Positions 40,899 to 50,148 of a stretch of DNA of 50,631 bases are shown here, one piece after another (the first letter of the stretch is position 1; each line of letters begins with the position of its first letter). The DNA is from Candidatus Puniceispirillaceae bacterium (GTDB taxonomy: Bacteria; Pseudomonadota; Alphaproteobacteria; Puniceispirillales; Puniceispirillaceae). The DNA is taken from the NCBI GenBank assembly GCA_049615365.1, contig JBMZFK010000001.1, positions 1 to 50,631 of the forward strand. Reading direction: 5' to 3'. The notes beneath the pieces were generated by a model that made no database searches, was not told where the DNA came from, and saw only the letters and a list, made by a program, of their open reading frames with translations. The translations under genes and the position numbers were made by a program.

Positions 40899-41912
40899 AT
40901 GATCCCGATGGATATTCAGGTGCCTGAAAAGGGCCAGCTTGTACAGCTTGCTGATGATTTATATTGGGCACGGTTTGCCCTGCCCTTTCGGTTAAATCAT
41001 ATTAATCTGTATATGCTGGATACCCCTGATGGCTGGTGTCTGATTGATGCCGGGGTGAATGACCGCGCCACTGCCGAAAATTGGCAGATGCTGTTGGACG
41101 GCCCGCTGGCAAAACAGCCGGTAGCCTCTATCTTAATCACCCATCACCATGTTGATCATATGGGCTATGCAGGTGCGCTTGCCGCGCTAACCAAGGCACC
41201 TGTTTTTGCCAGTGCCGAAGAAGCGCTGCATGGGCATTGGCTATATGATCTGGAACCTGCCAAGTTTGGCGCGATTATGGCAGAGACCTATCGCCGATAT
41301 GATATGCCCGCACAGATTATTGCACGCGTGGCTGAAAATGGCAGCCGCTACCGCGCGAATGCCAGCCCGCTGCCGGTTTTTTCCGAAGTGAAGCCCGGAG
41401 AGATTATCCATACCCGTTTCGGTGCGTGGGAGATGCGTGTGGATACTGGTCATTCAGACGCACAAATCAGTTTGATGGATAAAGACCGCAACCTGTTCCT
41501 TAGCGTTGATTTTCTGTTGCCGCGTATCTCGCCAAACATATCAGCCGATATTCGGGATCCGGATTTTGATTTGCTTTCCCATTATTTTACCTATCTTCAG
41601 GAAATGACGTCCCTGCCTGCAGATATGTCTATCTTTCCCGGCCATGATTGGCCGTTTCGTGATGGCGGCGCGCGCGCGGCAGCGCTGATCGACCATCATT
41701 ATATGCGTTTGCAACAGCTGGTAGATGCCGCACAGCATAAATCCCTGACCGTTGCATCGGCTATGGATGTATTATTCGGACGGGAATTTGGCGATCATGA
41801 ATTATATTTTGCCTCAGGTGAGGCCCGCGCACATTTAACGCATCTGGTTGCAACCGGGCGCTTGCAGGTAGTCAGGAAAGATGCGGGCTATGATCTGTAT
41901 GAAGCTGTCTAG
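40899..41912 (+). CDS. metallo-beta-lactamase fold hydrolase with C-terminal winged helix
   Basis: LPFRLNHINLY, THHHVDH (HxHxDH), GHS, LPRISPN, PGH, E..AHL.HL. Confidence 0.85.
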   Translation: MIPMDIQVPEKGQLVQLADDLYWARFALPFRLNHINLYMLDTPDGWCLIDAGVNDRATAENWQMLLDGPLAKQPVASILITHHHVDHMGYAGALAALTKAPVFASAEEALHGHWLYDLEPAKFGAIMAETYRRYDMPAQIIARVAENGSRYRANASPLPVFSEVKPGEIIHTRFGAWEMRVDTGHSDAQISLMDKDRNLFLSVDFLLPRISPNISADIRDPDFDLLSHYFTYLQEMTSLPADMSIFPGHDWPFRDGGARAAALIDHHYMRLQQLVDAAQHKSLTVASAMDVLFGREFGDHELYFASGEARAHLTHLVATGRLQVVRKDAGYDLYEAV

Positions 41913-41930
41913 ATATATAGGCCAGATGTA

Positions 41931-42797
41931 ATGGTTCGGGTATTTCCACTGTTATTTGTGGTGTTATGGGCGTCTGCCTTTATCACCAGCAAGGTGATTG
42001 TTCACGATGCCACACCTTTTGCCTCGCTGGGATTCAGATTCGCGCTGGTCGCGCTGGGGTTTTTGATTTTTGCCTTTTTCATGCGTGATTGGGTAAAGCC
42101 ACGTCTGCTGGATATCCTCGAAGCTGGCGGTACAGGTGTGCTGTTTCACGGCTTTTATTTAGGCGGGGTATTTTTTGCTATCTCGAAAGGGATGCCAGCT
42201 GGAATGGCGGCCTTGCTGGTTTCCTTGCAACCTGTATTAACCGGCGCGCTCGCTGGCCCAATCTTGGGTGAACAGGTAACCTGGCGGCAATGGCTGGGTA
42301 TTGCTCTTGGATTTGGCGGTGCGGCAACGGTATTGGGGCTGGATATTGGAACCGGCTTTCCGCTTATTGCCTTTTTATCTGCGATAACAGGTCTGCTTGC
42401 GGTAACTGCAGGTACGCTTTGGCAGAAAAAGCTTAGCGGAAAACTGCCTTTATCTGTGTCCAATTTTTATCAGGCACTGGCCGCCTGTATCTTTCATTTG
42501 GCAGTAATGGCGCTGTTTGAAACGCCGGTTATTCATTTTACTCCGAATTTTATCTATGCGATGGGCTGGCAAATTCTGGCGGTGTCTTTTGGCGCCTTCA
42601 CGATATTGATGTATTTGATCAAGGCAGGATCTGCCAGCCAGACAGCCACCTTATTTTTTCTGGTGCCGCCCGTATCGGCGGTAATGGGCTTTGTGTTTTT
42701 GGACGAGGCGCTGAGCATAAGCGACATTATTGGGCTGATGGTCGCCAGTATCGGGGTATATATCGCAACGTCCGGGCCTTCTGCTGCACAGCGGTAA
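41931..42797 (+). CDS. DMT/EamA family transporter
   Basis: FVVLWASAF, RF, YLGGVF.A...G.PAG.AAL.V.LQP.LT, GTLWQK, LFFLVPP. Confidence 0.88.
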   Translation: MVRVFPLLFVVLWASAFITSKVIVHDATPFASLGFRFALVALGFLIFAFFMRDWVKPRLLDILEAGGTGVLFHGFYLGGVFFAISKGMPAGMAALLVSLQPVLTGALAGPILGEQVTWRQWLGIALGFGGAATVLGLDIGTGFPLIAFLSAITGLLAVTAGTLWQKKLSGKLPLSVSNFYQALAACIFHLAVMALFETPVIHFTPNFIYAMGWQILAVSFGAFTILMYLIKAGSASQTATLFFLVPPVSAVMGFVFLDEALSISDIIGLMVASIGVYIATSGPSAAQR

Positions 42798-42803
42798 AAG
42801 AGT

Positions 42804-42838
42804 TTGACAAGTACTATCGCCTCTGCTGATACTATCAG
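42804..42838 (+). promoter_or_regulatory. putative promoter of the rhodanese gene with a palindromic operator over the -10
   Basis: TTGACA (42804-42809)-N18-GATACT; CTGATA-C-TATCAG at 42826-42838. Confidence 0.45.
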
Positions 42839-42867
42839 AATTTTTCGTTTTATTTTACGGAGACCTT

Positions 42868-43245
42868 ATGTCAAAGACTGCTCAAGACTATCTCGCCGAA
42901 GCACACGCTATCGTATCGAAAATTGAAACCGATGCCGGGATTGCCCGTCACGGTCAAGCCAATGTGGTATTTGTAGATGTCCGCGATGGTATGGATATCG
43001 CTAAAACAGGCACAATTGCTGGTGCGCTTCGTATCCCTCGCGGTTTTATTGAATTCGCCGCTGATTCAAATACGCAATTTCACGCACCCGCCATGCAAAA
43101 GGATGCAGAGGTGATTTTGGTATGTGCCGCAGGTGGACAAGCGGCCCTTGCTGGAAAAACGCTGGTTGATATGGGGTATCAAAATGTCACTAATGTTGGC
43201 GGTTTTGGTGCCTGGAAAGAGCAGGGTGGGCCTGTAGAAGCCTAG
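42868..43245 (+). CDS. single-domain rhodanese (sulfurtransferase)
   Basis: VDVRD, G.IAGA..IPRG..EF, active-site CAAGGQ, GY.NV.N.GGF.AW...GGP. Confidence 0.88.
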   Translation: MSKTAQDYLAEAHAIVSKIETDAGIARHGQANVVFVDVRDGMDIAKTGTIAGALRIPRGFIEFAADSNTQFHAPAMQKDAEVILVCAAGGQAALAGKTLVDMGYQNVTNVGGFGAWKEQGGPVEA

Positions 43246-43281
43246 CCTGCGCATTTCTGATGCTAGCTGGAGGGGTGAGGT

Positions 43282-44643
43282 GTGCGCGCCAGAAATCTAG
43301 ATAAAAAACCATACCCGCTTGTTATTGTCGGCAGCGGATTTGCCAGTTTTTGTCTGATTGCGCATCTGTTAAAGACCCGGCCAGAATTTGGAAAACAGAT
43401 TACCGTCATAGGCCCGGAGCCCTTTGGGTTTGGCGCGGCCTATGGCTGTACGCATCGTGATTTCAGGCTGAATGTCAGAGCCCAGATCATGCGGATATTT
43501 CCCGATCAGCCCAATGATTTTCTGCAATGGGCGATGCAGGAAATTGAGGATAAAGAGGCGCATAACCCGCAAGGTGCCTTTTATCGGCGTGCAGATTTCG
43601 CGGCATATTTATCTGCTTTGCGTCTTCAGCTAGACGGGTTTGACAAGGTTCATTTTATCCCGGCGCAGGTTATCGCAGCCCATAAGGGGGCGGCAGGCTG
43701 GCGCCTTACCCTGGACAGGGATACCGCCCCCGATAGCCATAACATGGTTGAGGCAAAACAGGTGGTGCTGGCAACAGGTAATCCGCCGCCGCGCTGGCCT
43801 TGTGCTATTAACGGGATGCTGCCAACAGATAAGGCGGTTGAAAACCCATGGCCCGGTCATTGGCTGGCCAGCCTCGATAAAACAGATATTGTTACCTTTA
43901 TTGGTGGCGGGCTAACCTCAATGGATGGGATATATAGCCTCGCCCGGCAGGGGCATACAGGCCCCATAGAAATCGTGTTGCCGCATCCGGTTTTACCGCC
44001 AAAACAGACAGACTGGCAGCCAGAGGCCCCGATCCTGTGGCCCGAAAATATTCGCACCGCCAGTCAATTTTTCAGATTTATGATGATGTCTCTTGGATCA
44101 ACAGACTGGACAGAAACGCGCTGGCAATCACGGTTTGAGGCGCTGCGCATTCATTTAAATACGGCGTGGCAAGGTCTGGATGATCAGGCCCAAAAGCGGC
44201 TGATGCGCCATGCTGGACAATGGTGGCAACTTGCCCGGTTTCGTTCTGCACCGCAAAATTTTGAAGCTGCCCAGGCGATGCTAAATAGTGGCCAGCTGCG
44301 CCTGACCAAAGGACGGGTGGTTCAGATAACAGAACAGGACGGGCAATTTCAGCTTGGGCTGGAAGATGGTCAAAAGCGGCTGGCGGATGCGGTGATAAAT
44401 TGCACCGGGCCAGCCCCTGACCCGCTTATCGCGCAAATGCGCCAGGCTGGGTTGGTGGCGCCAGATATCAGCAATCGCGGCGCCTGGATAGGCCCGGATT
44501 TCAGAGTGCTGGATAATCAGCATGCACGCTATGAAACCCTGTTTGGGGTCGGGGCGATGACAGCAAGCAGTCTGGGAGATGTGATAGGCGCTGGCAGTAT
44601 TGCCAAACAGGCAGAGCAGCTGGCAAAAATTTTGGCATGTTAA
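43282..44643 (+). CDS. FAD/NAD(P)-binding protein (NAD_binding_9-like)
   Basis: IVGSG, G.GAAY, LNV.A..M, F..R..F..YL, VVLATGN, NPW, IGGGLTS.D, W...RFR, VINCTGP. Confidence 0.8.
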   Translation: MRARNLDKKPYPLVIVGSGFASFCLIAHLLKTRPEFGKQITVIGPEPFGFGAAYGCTHRDFRLNVRAQIMRIFPDQPNDFLQWAMQEIEDKEAHNPQGAFYRRADFAAYLSALRLQLDGFDKVHFIPAQVIAAHKGAAGWRLTLDRDTAPDSHNMVEAKQVVLATGNPPPRWPCAINGMLPTDKAVENPWPGHWLASLDKTDIVTFIGGGLTSMDGIYSLARQGHTGPIEIVLPHPVLPPKQTDWQPEAPILWPENIRTASQFFRFMMMSLGSTDWTETRWQSRFEALRIHLNTAWQGLDDQAQKRLMRHAGQWWQLARFRSAPQNFEAAQAMLNSGQLRLTKGRVVQITEQDGQFQLGLEDGQKRLADAVINCTGPAPDPLIAQMRQAGLVAPDISNRGAWIGPDFRVLDNQHARYETLFGVGAMTASSLGDVIGAGSIAKQAEQLAKILAC

Positions 44644-44765
44644 AACTCTAACTATTCCTGCCAGATAGCAATCTCTGTAAAAAAAGGGCTTTCAACCAGA
44701 TATATAAAGGCTACATTAAAAAGATATGGCAGTTAGATATATCAGCTTTTCAATGAGGGGTAGAA

Positions 44766-46076
44766 ATGGCGATTAGGTATTTGAAAGAAGGTAAGACAGA
44801 ATCAGCGCGCGCCGAAGATGATGCACAGGTTCGACAAAATGTTGAAGCAATTCTTGCCTCTATTGAAACAGAAGGCGATGTAGCGGTTCGGCGTCTGTCT
44901 GAAAAATTTGATTCTTATAGCCCGGCTTCCTTTCGCCTGTCCGAGGCCGATATCGAGGCGCTGATGGCACAAGTCTCGAAGCGCGATATGGAAGATATAA
45001 AATTCGCCCAGGAGCAGGTCAGAAATTTCGCTCAAATTCAGCGTGACAGCATGCGCGATGTAGAGGTTGAAACACTGCCCGGTGTGGTGCTGGGGCATAA
45101 GAATATTCCGGTTCAATCGGTAGGCTGTTATGTGCCGGGGGGTAAATTTCCAATGGTGGCCTCGGCGCATATGTCTGTGGCAACCGCATCGGTGGCTGGC
45201 GTGCCGCGAATTGTGGCGGCAACCCCGCCCTTTAATGGCGCCCCGAACCCTGCGGTTATTGCTGCAATGCATTTGGGCGGCGCCCATGAAATTTATGTGC
45301 TTGGGGGTATTCAGGCGGTTGGCGCCATGGCCCTTGGTACTGAAACAATGGCACCGGTGCATATGCTGGTTGGGCCGGGGAATGCCTATGTAGCCGAAGC
45401 CAAACGCCAGCTTTATGGCCGTGTGGGCATTGATTTATTTGCTGGGCCAACGGAAACCATGGTCATTGCGGATGAGACTGTAGATGCAGAAATCTGTGCA
45501 ACAGATTTGCTGGGACAGGCCGAACATGGCTATAACTCGCCAGCGGTATTGCTGACCAATTCTGAACAGCTTGCGCGTGAGACACTTAGCGAAATTGACA
45601 GGCTGTTATCCATATTGCCTACCGCAGATACCGCCTCGGTAAGCTGGCGTGATTATGGCGAGGTTATTGTCTGTGACAGCTATGATGAAATGTTACAGGT
45701 CGCAGATGATATTGCCTCAGAACATGTTCAGGTAATGACAGATAGAGATGACTGGTTTTTGGAAAATATGACCTGTTACGGGGCGCTATTTTTAGGGGCG
45801 CGGACCAATGTGGCAAATGGCGACAAGGTTATTGGCACAAACCATACCCTGCCAACGAAAAAGGCAGGGCGCTATACAGGCGGTCTATGGGTAGGTAAAT
45901 TTTTAAAGACTCATAGCTATCAACGGGTGTTGAGTGACGAAGCCGCCGCGATGATAGGCGCCTATGGATCCCGGCTATGTATGCTAGAGGGGTTTGTTGG
46001 TCATGCCGAGCAATGTAATATCCGTGTCCGCCGCTATGGTGGCCAGAATGTACGCTATGGTAAAGCTGCTGAATAA
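44766..46076 (+). CDS. HisD-family NAD+/Zn dehydrogenase, HpsN (sulfopropanediol 3-dehydrogenase)-related paralog
   Basis: [52 protein letters not shown]; no his-operon context. Confidence 0.8.
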   Translation: MAIRYLKEGKTESARAEDDAQVRQNVEAILASIETEGDVAVRRLSEKFDSYSPASFRLSEADIEALMAQVSKRDMEDIKFAQEQVRNFAQIQRDSMRDVEVETLPGVVLGHKNIPVQSVGCYVPGGKFPMVASAHMSVATASVAGVPRIVAATPPFNGAPNPAVIAAMHLGGAHEIYVLGGIQAVGAMALGTETMAPVHMLVGPGNAYVAEAKRQLYGRVGIDLFAGPTETMVIADETVDAEICATDLLGQAEHGYNSPAVLLTNSEQLARETLSEIDRLLSILPTADTASVSWRDYGEVIVCDSYDEMLQVADDIASEHVQVMTDRDDWFLENMTCYGALFLGARTNVANGDKVIGTNHTLPTKKAGRYTGGLWVGKFLKTHSYQRVLSDEAAAMIGAYGSRLCMLEGFVGHAEQCNIRVRRYGGQNVRYGKAAE

Positions 46077-46133
46077 AATTTTAATAGTGGCCCTACCGTC
46101 TAATTTGATAATCAAACACAAAGAGGCGTAATA

Positions 46134-46898
46134 ATGGAACTTCCAAAAACCCCTGCCTTTCGTCTGGATGGAAAACGCGCTCTTGTAACCGGGGCGTCCT
46201 CTGGAATTGGGCTTGGCTGTGCGGCTGGCTTGGCGGAATATGGCGCCGAAATTGTGGTGGCGGCGCGATCCAAGGAAAAACTGGATGAATTTGTCAAGGC
46301 GGCTACTTCTGCTGGCTGGTCTGCGCGTGCAGCTGTGATGGATGTAAGCGATATCACGCAAATGCAACAGACCCTTGCTGAGTTGGGCAATTTTGATATT
46401 CTGGTGAATTCTGCCGGGGTTGCCAAACATAGCCCTGCCCTTGACACGGCAGCCGAGAACTTTGATGCGGTAATGGATTTAAATCTGCGCGGTGCATATT
46501 TTTTATCCCAGACTATCGCCAAGCAGATGATAGATGCCGGCACGGGCGGGTCAATCATAAATATTTCATCGCAAATGGCACATGTTGGCGGCATTGAACG
46601 GTCTGTTTATTGTGCATCCAAATTTGGGGTTGAAGGGTTTACCAAGGCAATGGCTATTGAATGGGGGCAATATGGCGTGCGGATAAATACTGTTTGCCCG
46701 ACCTTTGTCCGCACAGCCTTGACCCAGAAAACCTTTGATGATCCGGATAAACGGGCATGGATCATGGATAAGATCAAGCTTGGCAGAGTTGCCGAGGTTG
46801 AAGATATTATGGGCAGTGTTGTGTTTCTGGCATCCGACGCAGCAGCGATGATAACGGGGGCCAGCCTGTTGGTAGATGGTGGCTGGACAGCAGAATAA
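46134..46898 (+). CDS. short-chain dehydrogenase/reductase
   Basis: TGASSGIG, NSAG, catalytic S plus YCASK, VDGGW. Confidence 0.92.
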   Translation: MELPKTPAFRLDGKRALVTGASSGIGLGCAAGLAEYGAEIVVAARSKEKLDEFVKAATSAGWSARAAVMDVSDITQMQQTLAELGNFDILVNSAGVAKHSPALDTAAENFDAVMDLNLRGAYFLSQTIAKQMIDAGTGGSIINISSQMAHVGGIERSVYCASKFGVEGFTKAMAIEWGQYGVRINTVCPTFVRTALTQKTFDDPDKRAWIMDKIKLGRVAEVEDIMGSVVFLASDAAAMITGASLLVDGGWTAE

Positions 46899-46923
46899 AA
46901 ATAAAATAATGGGGTAGGATTAA

Positions 46924-47625
46924 ATGAGTTTGGATACAGTGCTTTTAAAACGGCTTCAGGCCGTAGATACGCCCACAATTTGTAACGCTATCGAAGTTGC
47001 CCAGAATAAAAGAGGTTTTTCAAACTTTACGCATCAGCAAATGTTTTCCACCGAACCAGATGCGCCGGCAATGGTTGGCTATGCCTTAACCGCTAAAATC
47101 CGGGGCAGGACACCGCCAGACGATAGCCCGGAAGTGCTGAAACAGCGCCGGATGGATTATTACCGATATGTCAGTGACGGTGCGCGGCCCGGCATTGTTG
47201 TGATCGAAGATACAGATAATGAACAGGCCTGCGGCGCGTTTTGGGGTGAGATTAATACCAGCGTCCATAAGGGCTTTGGTATAGAAGGAGTGGTCACAAA
47301 TGGCCTTGTTCGTGATTTAGGCGATATCCCTTCGGCCTTTCCTGTGCTGGCAGGGTCGGTTGGGCCAAGTCATGGTTTTGTTCATGTGCTGGACTATAAC
47401 TGCCCGGTTACACTATTTGGTTTGCAGGTACAGCCAGCAGATATAATTCATGCAGACCGTCATGGCGCCTGCGCTATTCCAGCAGATATCCTTGATAAGA
47501 TGATACCTGCCCTTGATCAGCTTGCTGCGAGTGAGGCTATTGTTCTGACAGCAGCGAAAAAGCCTGGATTTGATTTTGTTGCATTTGAAGCGGCCTGGGC
47601 GGCTTTTGAGAAATCCAGAACCTGA
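46924..47625 (+). CDS. RraA/HMG-aldolase family protein
   Basis: DTPTICNAIE, G.A.TA.I, FWGE, GVVTNGLVRD, DIIHADRHG. Confidence 0.82.
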   Translation: MSLDTVLLKRLQAVDTPTICNAIEVAQNKRGFSNFTHQQMFSTEPDAPAMVGYALTAKIRGRTPPDDSPEVLKQRRMDYYRYVSDGARPGIVVIEDTDNEQACGAFWGEINTSVHKGFGIEGVVTNGLVRDLGDIPSAFPVLAGSVGPSHGFVHVLDYNCPVTLFGLQVQPADIIHADRHGACAIPADILDKMIPALDQLAASEAIVLTAAKKPGFDFVAFEAAWAAFEKSRT

Positions 47626-47676
47626 TATCCTGCGCTGCCTAAAACCGCTTACATATGCGTAAAATACTTATCTGCC

Positions 47677-48753
47677 CTATTCGCCAAGGCTAGCCGGCAA
47701 GGCGACGGAGAGCTGGCCGGAAATCGTTTTAAGCTGGTCAACTATCGCATCGCCCAGGCTGACGCCGCCGGTTTTTACCTCTGCGCGTTTGGCCCGTTCT
47801 GGATCACCCGGTATCAGCACCTTTTCACCTGCCAGACGAGGCGGGCAGTCGCGTATGGAGGCGATAAAATCATTTACCTCCTGTTGCATGGTATTTTCGG
47901 TATCAAAATCATCAGCGTTGAAAACTAATGACAACATTCCATTGCAAAAGGGATGATCATGGGCATTTGTTCCAGCCCCTGTCAGGGCGCCTGCCAACAG
48001 CTCACACGCCAACCCCAGCCCGGATCCCTTATGCTGTCCAAAGGTTTGGATAGCGCCCTCGCCACCTCTCGGATTAGGAACGGCACTTGTAGCTGTTTTT
48101 CCATAGATGGTAATCGGCTGGTCTGAATCCTTGCCGCTGGCATCTACCATCGCATCTGCAGGCAGGGCGGTGCCGGTTTTCTGGCTGACCAGAACTTTAC
48201 CTTCGGCAACGCGGCTGGTCGCAAAATCCAGAATGAAATGCTTACCATCTTCCTGAGGCATGCCAATCGCAATCGGTGCGGTTGATATTCTGGCTTCACG
48301 CCCGCCAAAGGGGGCAACAATGCGTGATCCGGCCACAGTGACAAAATGGATAGAGGTTAGTCCTGCTTCTGCCAGCAATTCTGCCCAGCCGCCAATCCGT
48401 CCCAGATGTCCTGCATTGCGCAACCCGATAAGCGCCAATCCATCTGTGGCGACCATTTCCCTTGCCTGGCCAACGACATGATGGCCCAGCACCTGGCCAA
48501 AGCTATATTGCCCGTCAATCAGGCGCAGGCTGCCAGAGGACATCATTGTTTGATGGGCACATACCGGGCGCACGGTGCCATGTTCGATATATTCCATATA
48601 GCGCGGCACCCGCACAATACCGTGGCTAGGATGGCCAGAGGCATCTGCATCTACCAAATGGGTGCTGATAAGTGCTGCCTCATCTTCTGGGCATCCCGCT
48701 GCTGTGAACATTGCCGTCAGCCAGTTGGTAATCTCTGTTTGGTCAATACGCAT
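47677..48753 (-). CDS. Ldh_2 family (malate/L-lactate/ureidoglycolate/sulfolactate) 2-hydroxyacid dehydrogenase
   Basis: GH.SHG..R.P.Y, HLGRIG, VAPFGG, LDFATS..AEGK, FG.HKGSGL, PGDPE. Confidence 0.88.
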   Translation of the reverse strand: MRIDQTEITNWLTAMFTAAGCPEDEAALISTHLVDADASGHPSHGIVRVPRYMEYIEHGTVRPVCAHQTMMSSGSLRLIDGQYSFGQVLGHHVVGQAREMVATDGLALIGLRNAGHLGRIGGWAELLAEAGLTSIHFVTVAGSRIVAPFGGREARISTAPIAIGMPQEDGKHFILDFATSRVAEGKVLVSQKTGTALPADAMVDASGKDSDQPITIYGKTATSAVPNPRGGEGAIQTFGQHKGSGLGLACELLAGALTGAGTNAHDHPFCNGMLSLVFNADDFDTENTMQQEVNDFIASIRDCPPRLAGEKVLIPGDPERAKRAEVKTGGVSLGDAIVDQLKTISGQLSVALPASLGE

Positions 48754-48803
48754 ATCTCTAACTTTCCTCTATTTTTTTAAATTCTTTTTTTGATATGTAA
48801 TGG

Positions 48804-49976
48804 CTATTGGCTGTCTTTTATGGCCTGTTTATATCCGGTTTCAAACCGGTCAAACGCCGCATTCAGCACGTTTGCCTCTTGTGCATAGCACAGCCTGACA
48901 TAGCCCTCAGCCTCGCTGCCAAAGGCAAGACCGGGCGCAAGCCCCACGCCAGCAGTTTTAAGGAGCGCTTTGCAAAACCCCACACTGTTGGTCATGCCAG
49001 CAAGTGAAAAAAAGCTGTAAAAAGCGCCGTCAGGATCAATAAAATCTACATCAGTTATGTTTTGCAGGCGCGATTTTATCAGCTGATAACTTTCCGCCAG
49101 CTTGTCCTGCAGATGATCTACCTCAACTTCACCACCTTCGATCATTGCCTTGCCAGCTTCCTGAACAAAACCTGCGGTACAGGACATGTTATATTCAGTA
49201 AGCTGGGCGAATATCGGGGCCACTTCAGCAGGGCCAGCTAGCCAGCCAAGCCGCCATCCGGTCATCGACCATGCTTTTGAAAAGCTGTTGACCGAGATTA
49301 ACCGGTCTTGTGGATCGGCACAGCTCATCATATGCGGGGCAGCTTTACCATGCTGGTATAACCGGGAATAAACATCATCAGAAACAATCCATGTGCCCTG
49401 TTTGCGGCAATGCAGGAGCAGGTTTTTTTGATCTTCTGCTTTCATCACCCAGCCAGTTGGGTTGTTAGGCGAATTTACCAATACCGCTTTGGTAGTGGTC
49501 GAAATGCTGGCAAGCAGCCTGTCCATATCCAGATGCCAGCATCCCTGTTTAGGGGTTAGGGGCACAAACTGGATATCAGCACCCGCAATTTTAAAACTCT
49601 CAGCCAGATTTGGCCATGCCGGGCCTACCACAACCACCTGGTCACCGGGGTCTGTCAGGGCTTGCGCGCTCAGCATCATTGCCTGCATGCCTGAACCGGT
49701 TACCGTAATCGCCGAGAGATCCAGCTTTAAATGATATAAATCATTCATATAGCGTTGCAGGCTGGCCCGCAAAGCAGGTTTGCCGCTATTTGGCTGATAG
49801 AAATGATCGCCATTTGCCAATGCCTGTTGTGCCGCAGCTACCGCTATTTTCGACGTCGGCCAGCGCCCTTCGCCAAACCATAGCGGAAGTATATCGGGCA
49901 TTCCCATACCGGTTTCTGCAACCTCTCTTATCAGGCTGGGTTGCATCGAAGAAGCACGGTAACTGCTGGCATCCAT
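48804..49976 (-). CDS. PLP-dependent aminotransferase class I/II
   Basis: LWFGE, VNSPNNPTGW, DDVY, NSFSKAWSMTGWRLGW, GLAPG.AFG...EG.VRLC. Confidence 0.92.
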   Translation of the reverse strand: MDASSYRASSMQPSLIREVAETGMGMPDILPLWFGEGRWPTSKIAVAAAQQALANGDHFYQPNSGKPALRASLQRYMNDLYHLKLDLSAITVTGSGMQAMMLSAQALTDPGDQVVVVGPAWPNLAESFKIAGADIQFVPLTPKQGCWHLDMDRLLASISTTTKAVLVNSPNNPTGWVMKAEDQKNLLLHCRKQGTWIVSDDVYSRLYQHGKAAPHMMSCADPQDRLISVNSFSKAWSMTGWRLGWLAGPAEVAPIFAQLTEYNMSCTAGFVQEAGKAMIEGGEVEVDHLQDKLAESYQLIKSRLQNITDVDFIDPDGAFYSFFSLAGMTNSVGFCKALLKTAGVGLAPGLAFGSEAEGYVRLCYAQEANVLNAAFDRFETGYKQAIKDSQ

Positions 49977-50148
49977 ATATGTTCCCCTTTGGTGAATAAA
50001 AAAGCTATCTGGCTCAGGCTTTCAGTGTCCTAAACATCGAGATGGCTGACAAGTTAAAAACAGCATGACAATTATCAAGGCTAGCTTATTATCAATGCAA
50101 AGCTATATAAATTTTACTTGCCAATATCATCCATAAGGAGATGTGAAT

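Noticed and set aside
44766-46076. Calling this gene biosynthetic hisD or definitive hpsN
   Set aside because: Context and motif differences support neither symbol without a phylogeny.
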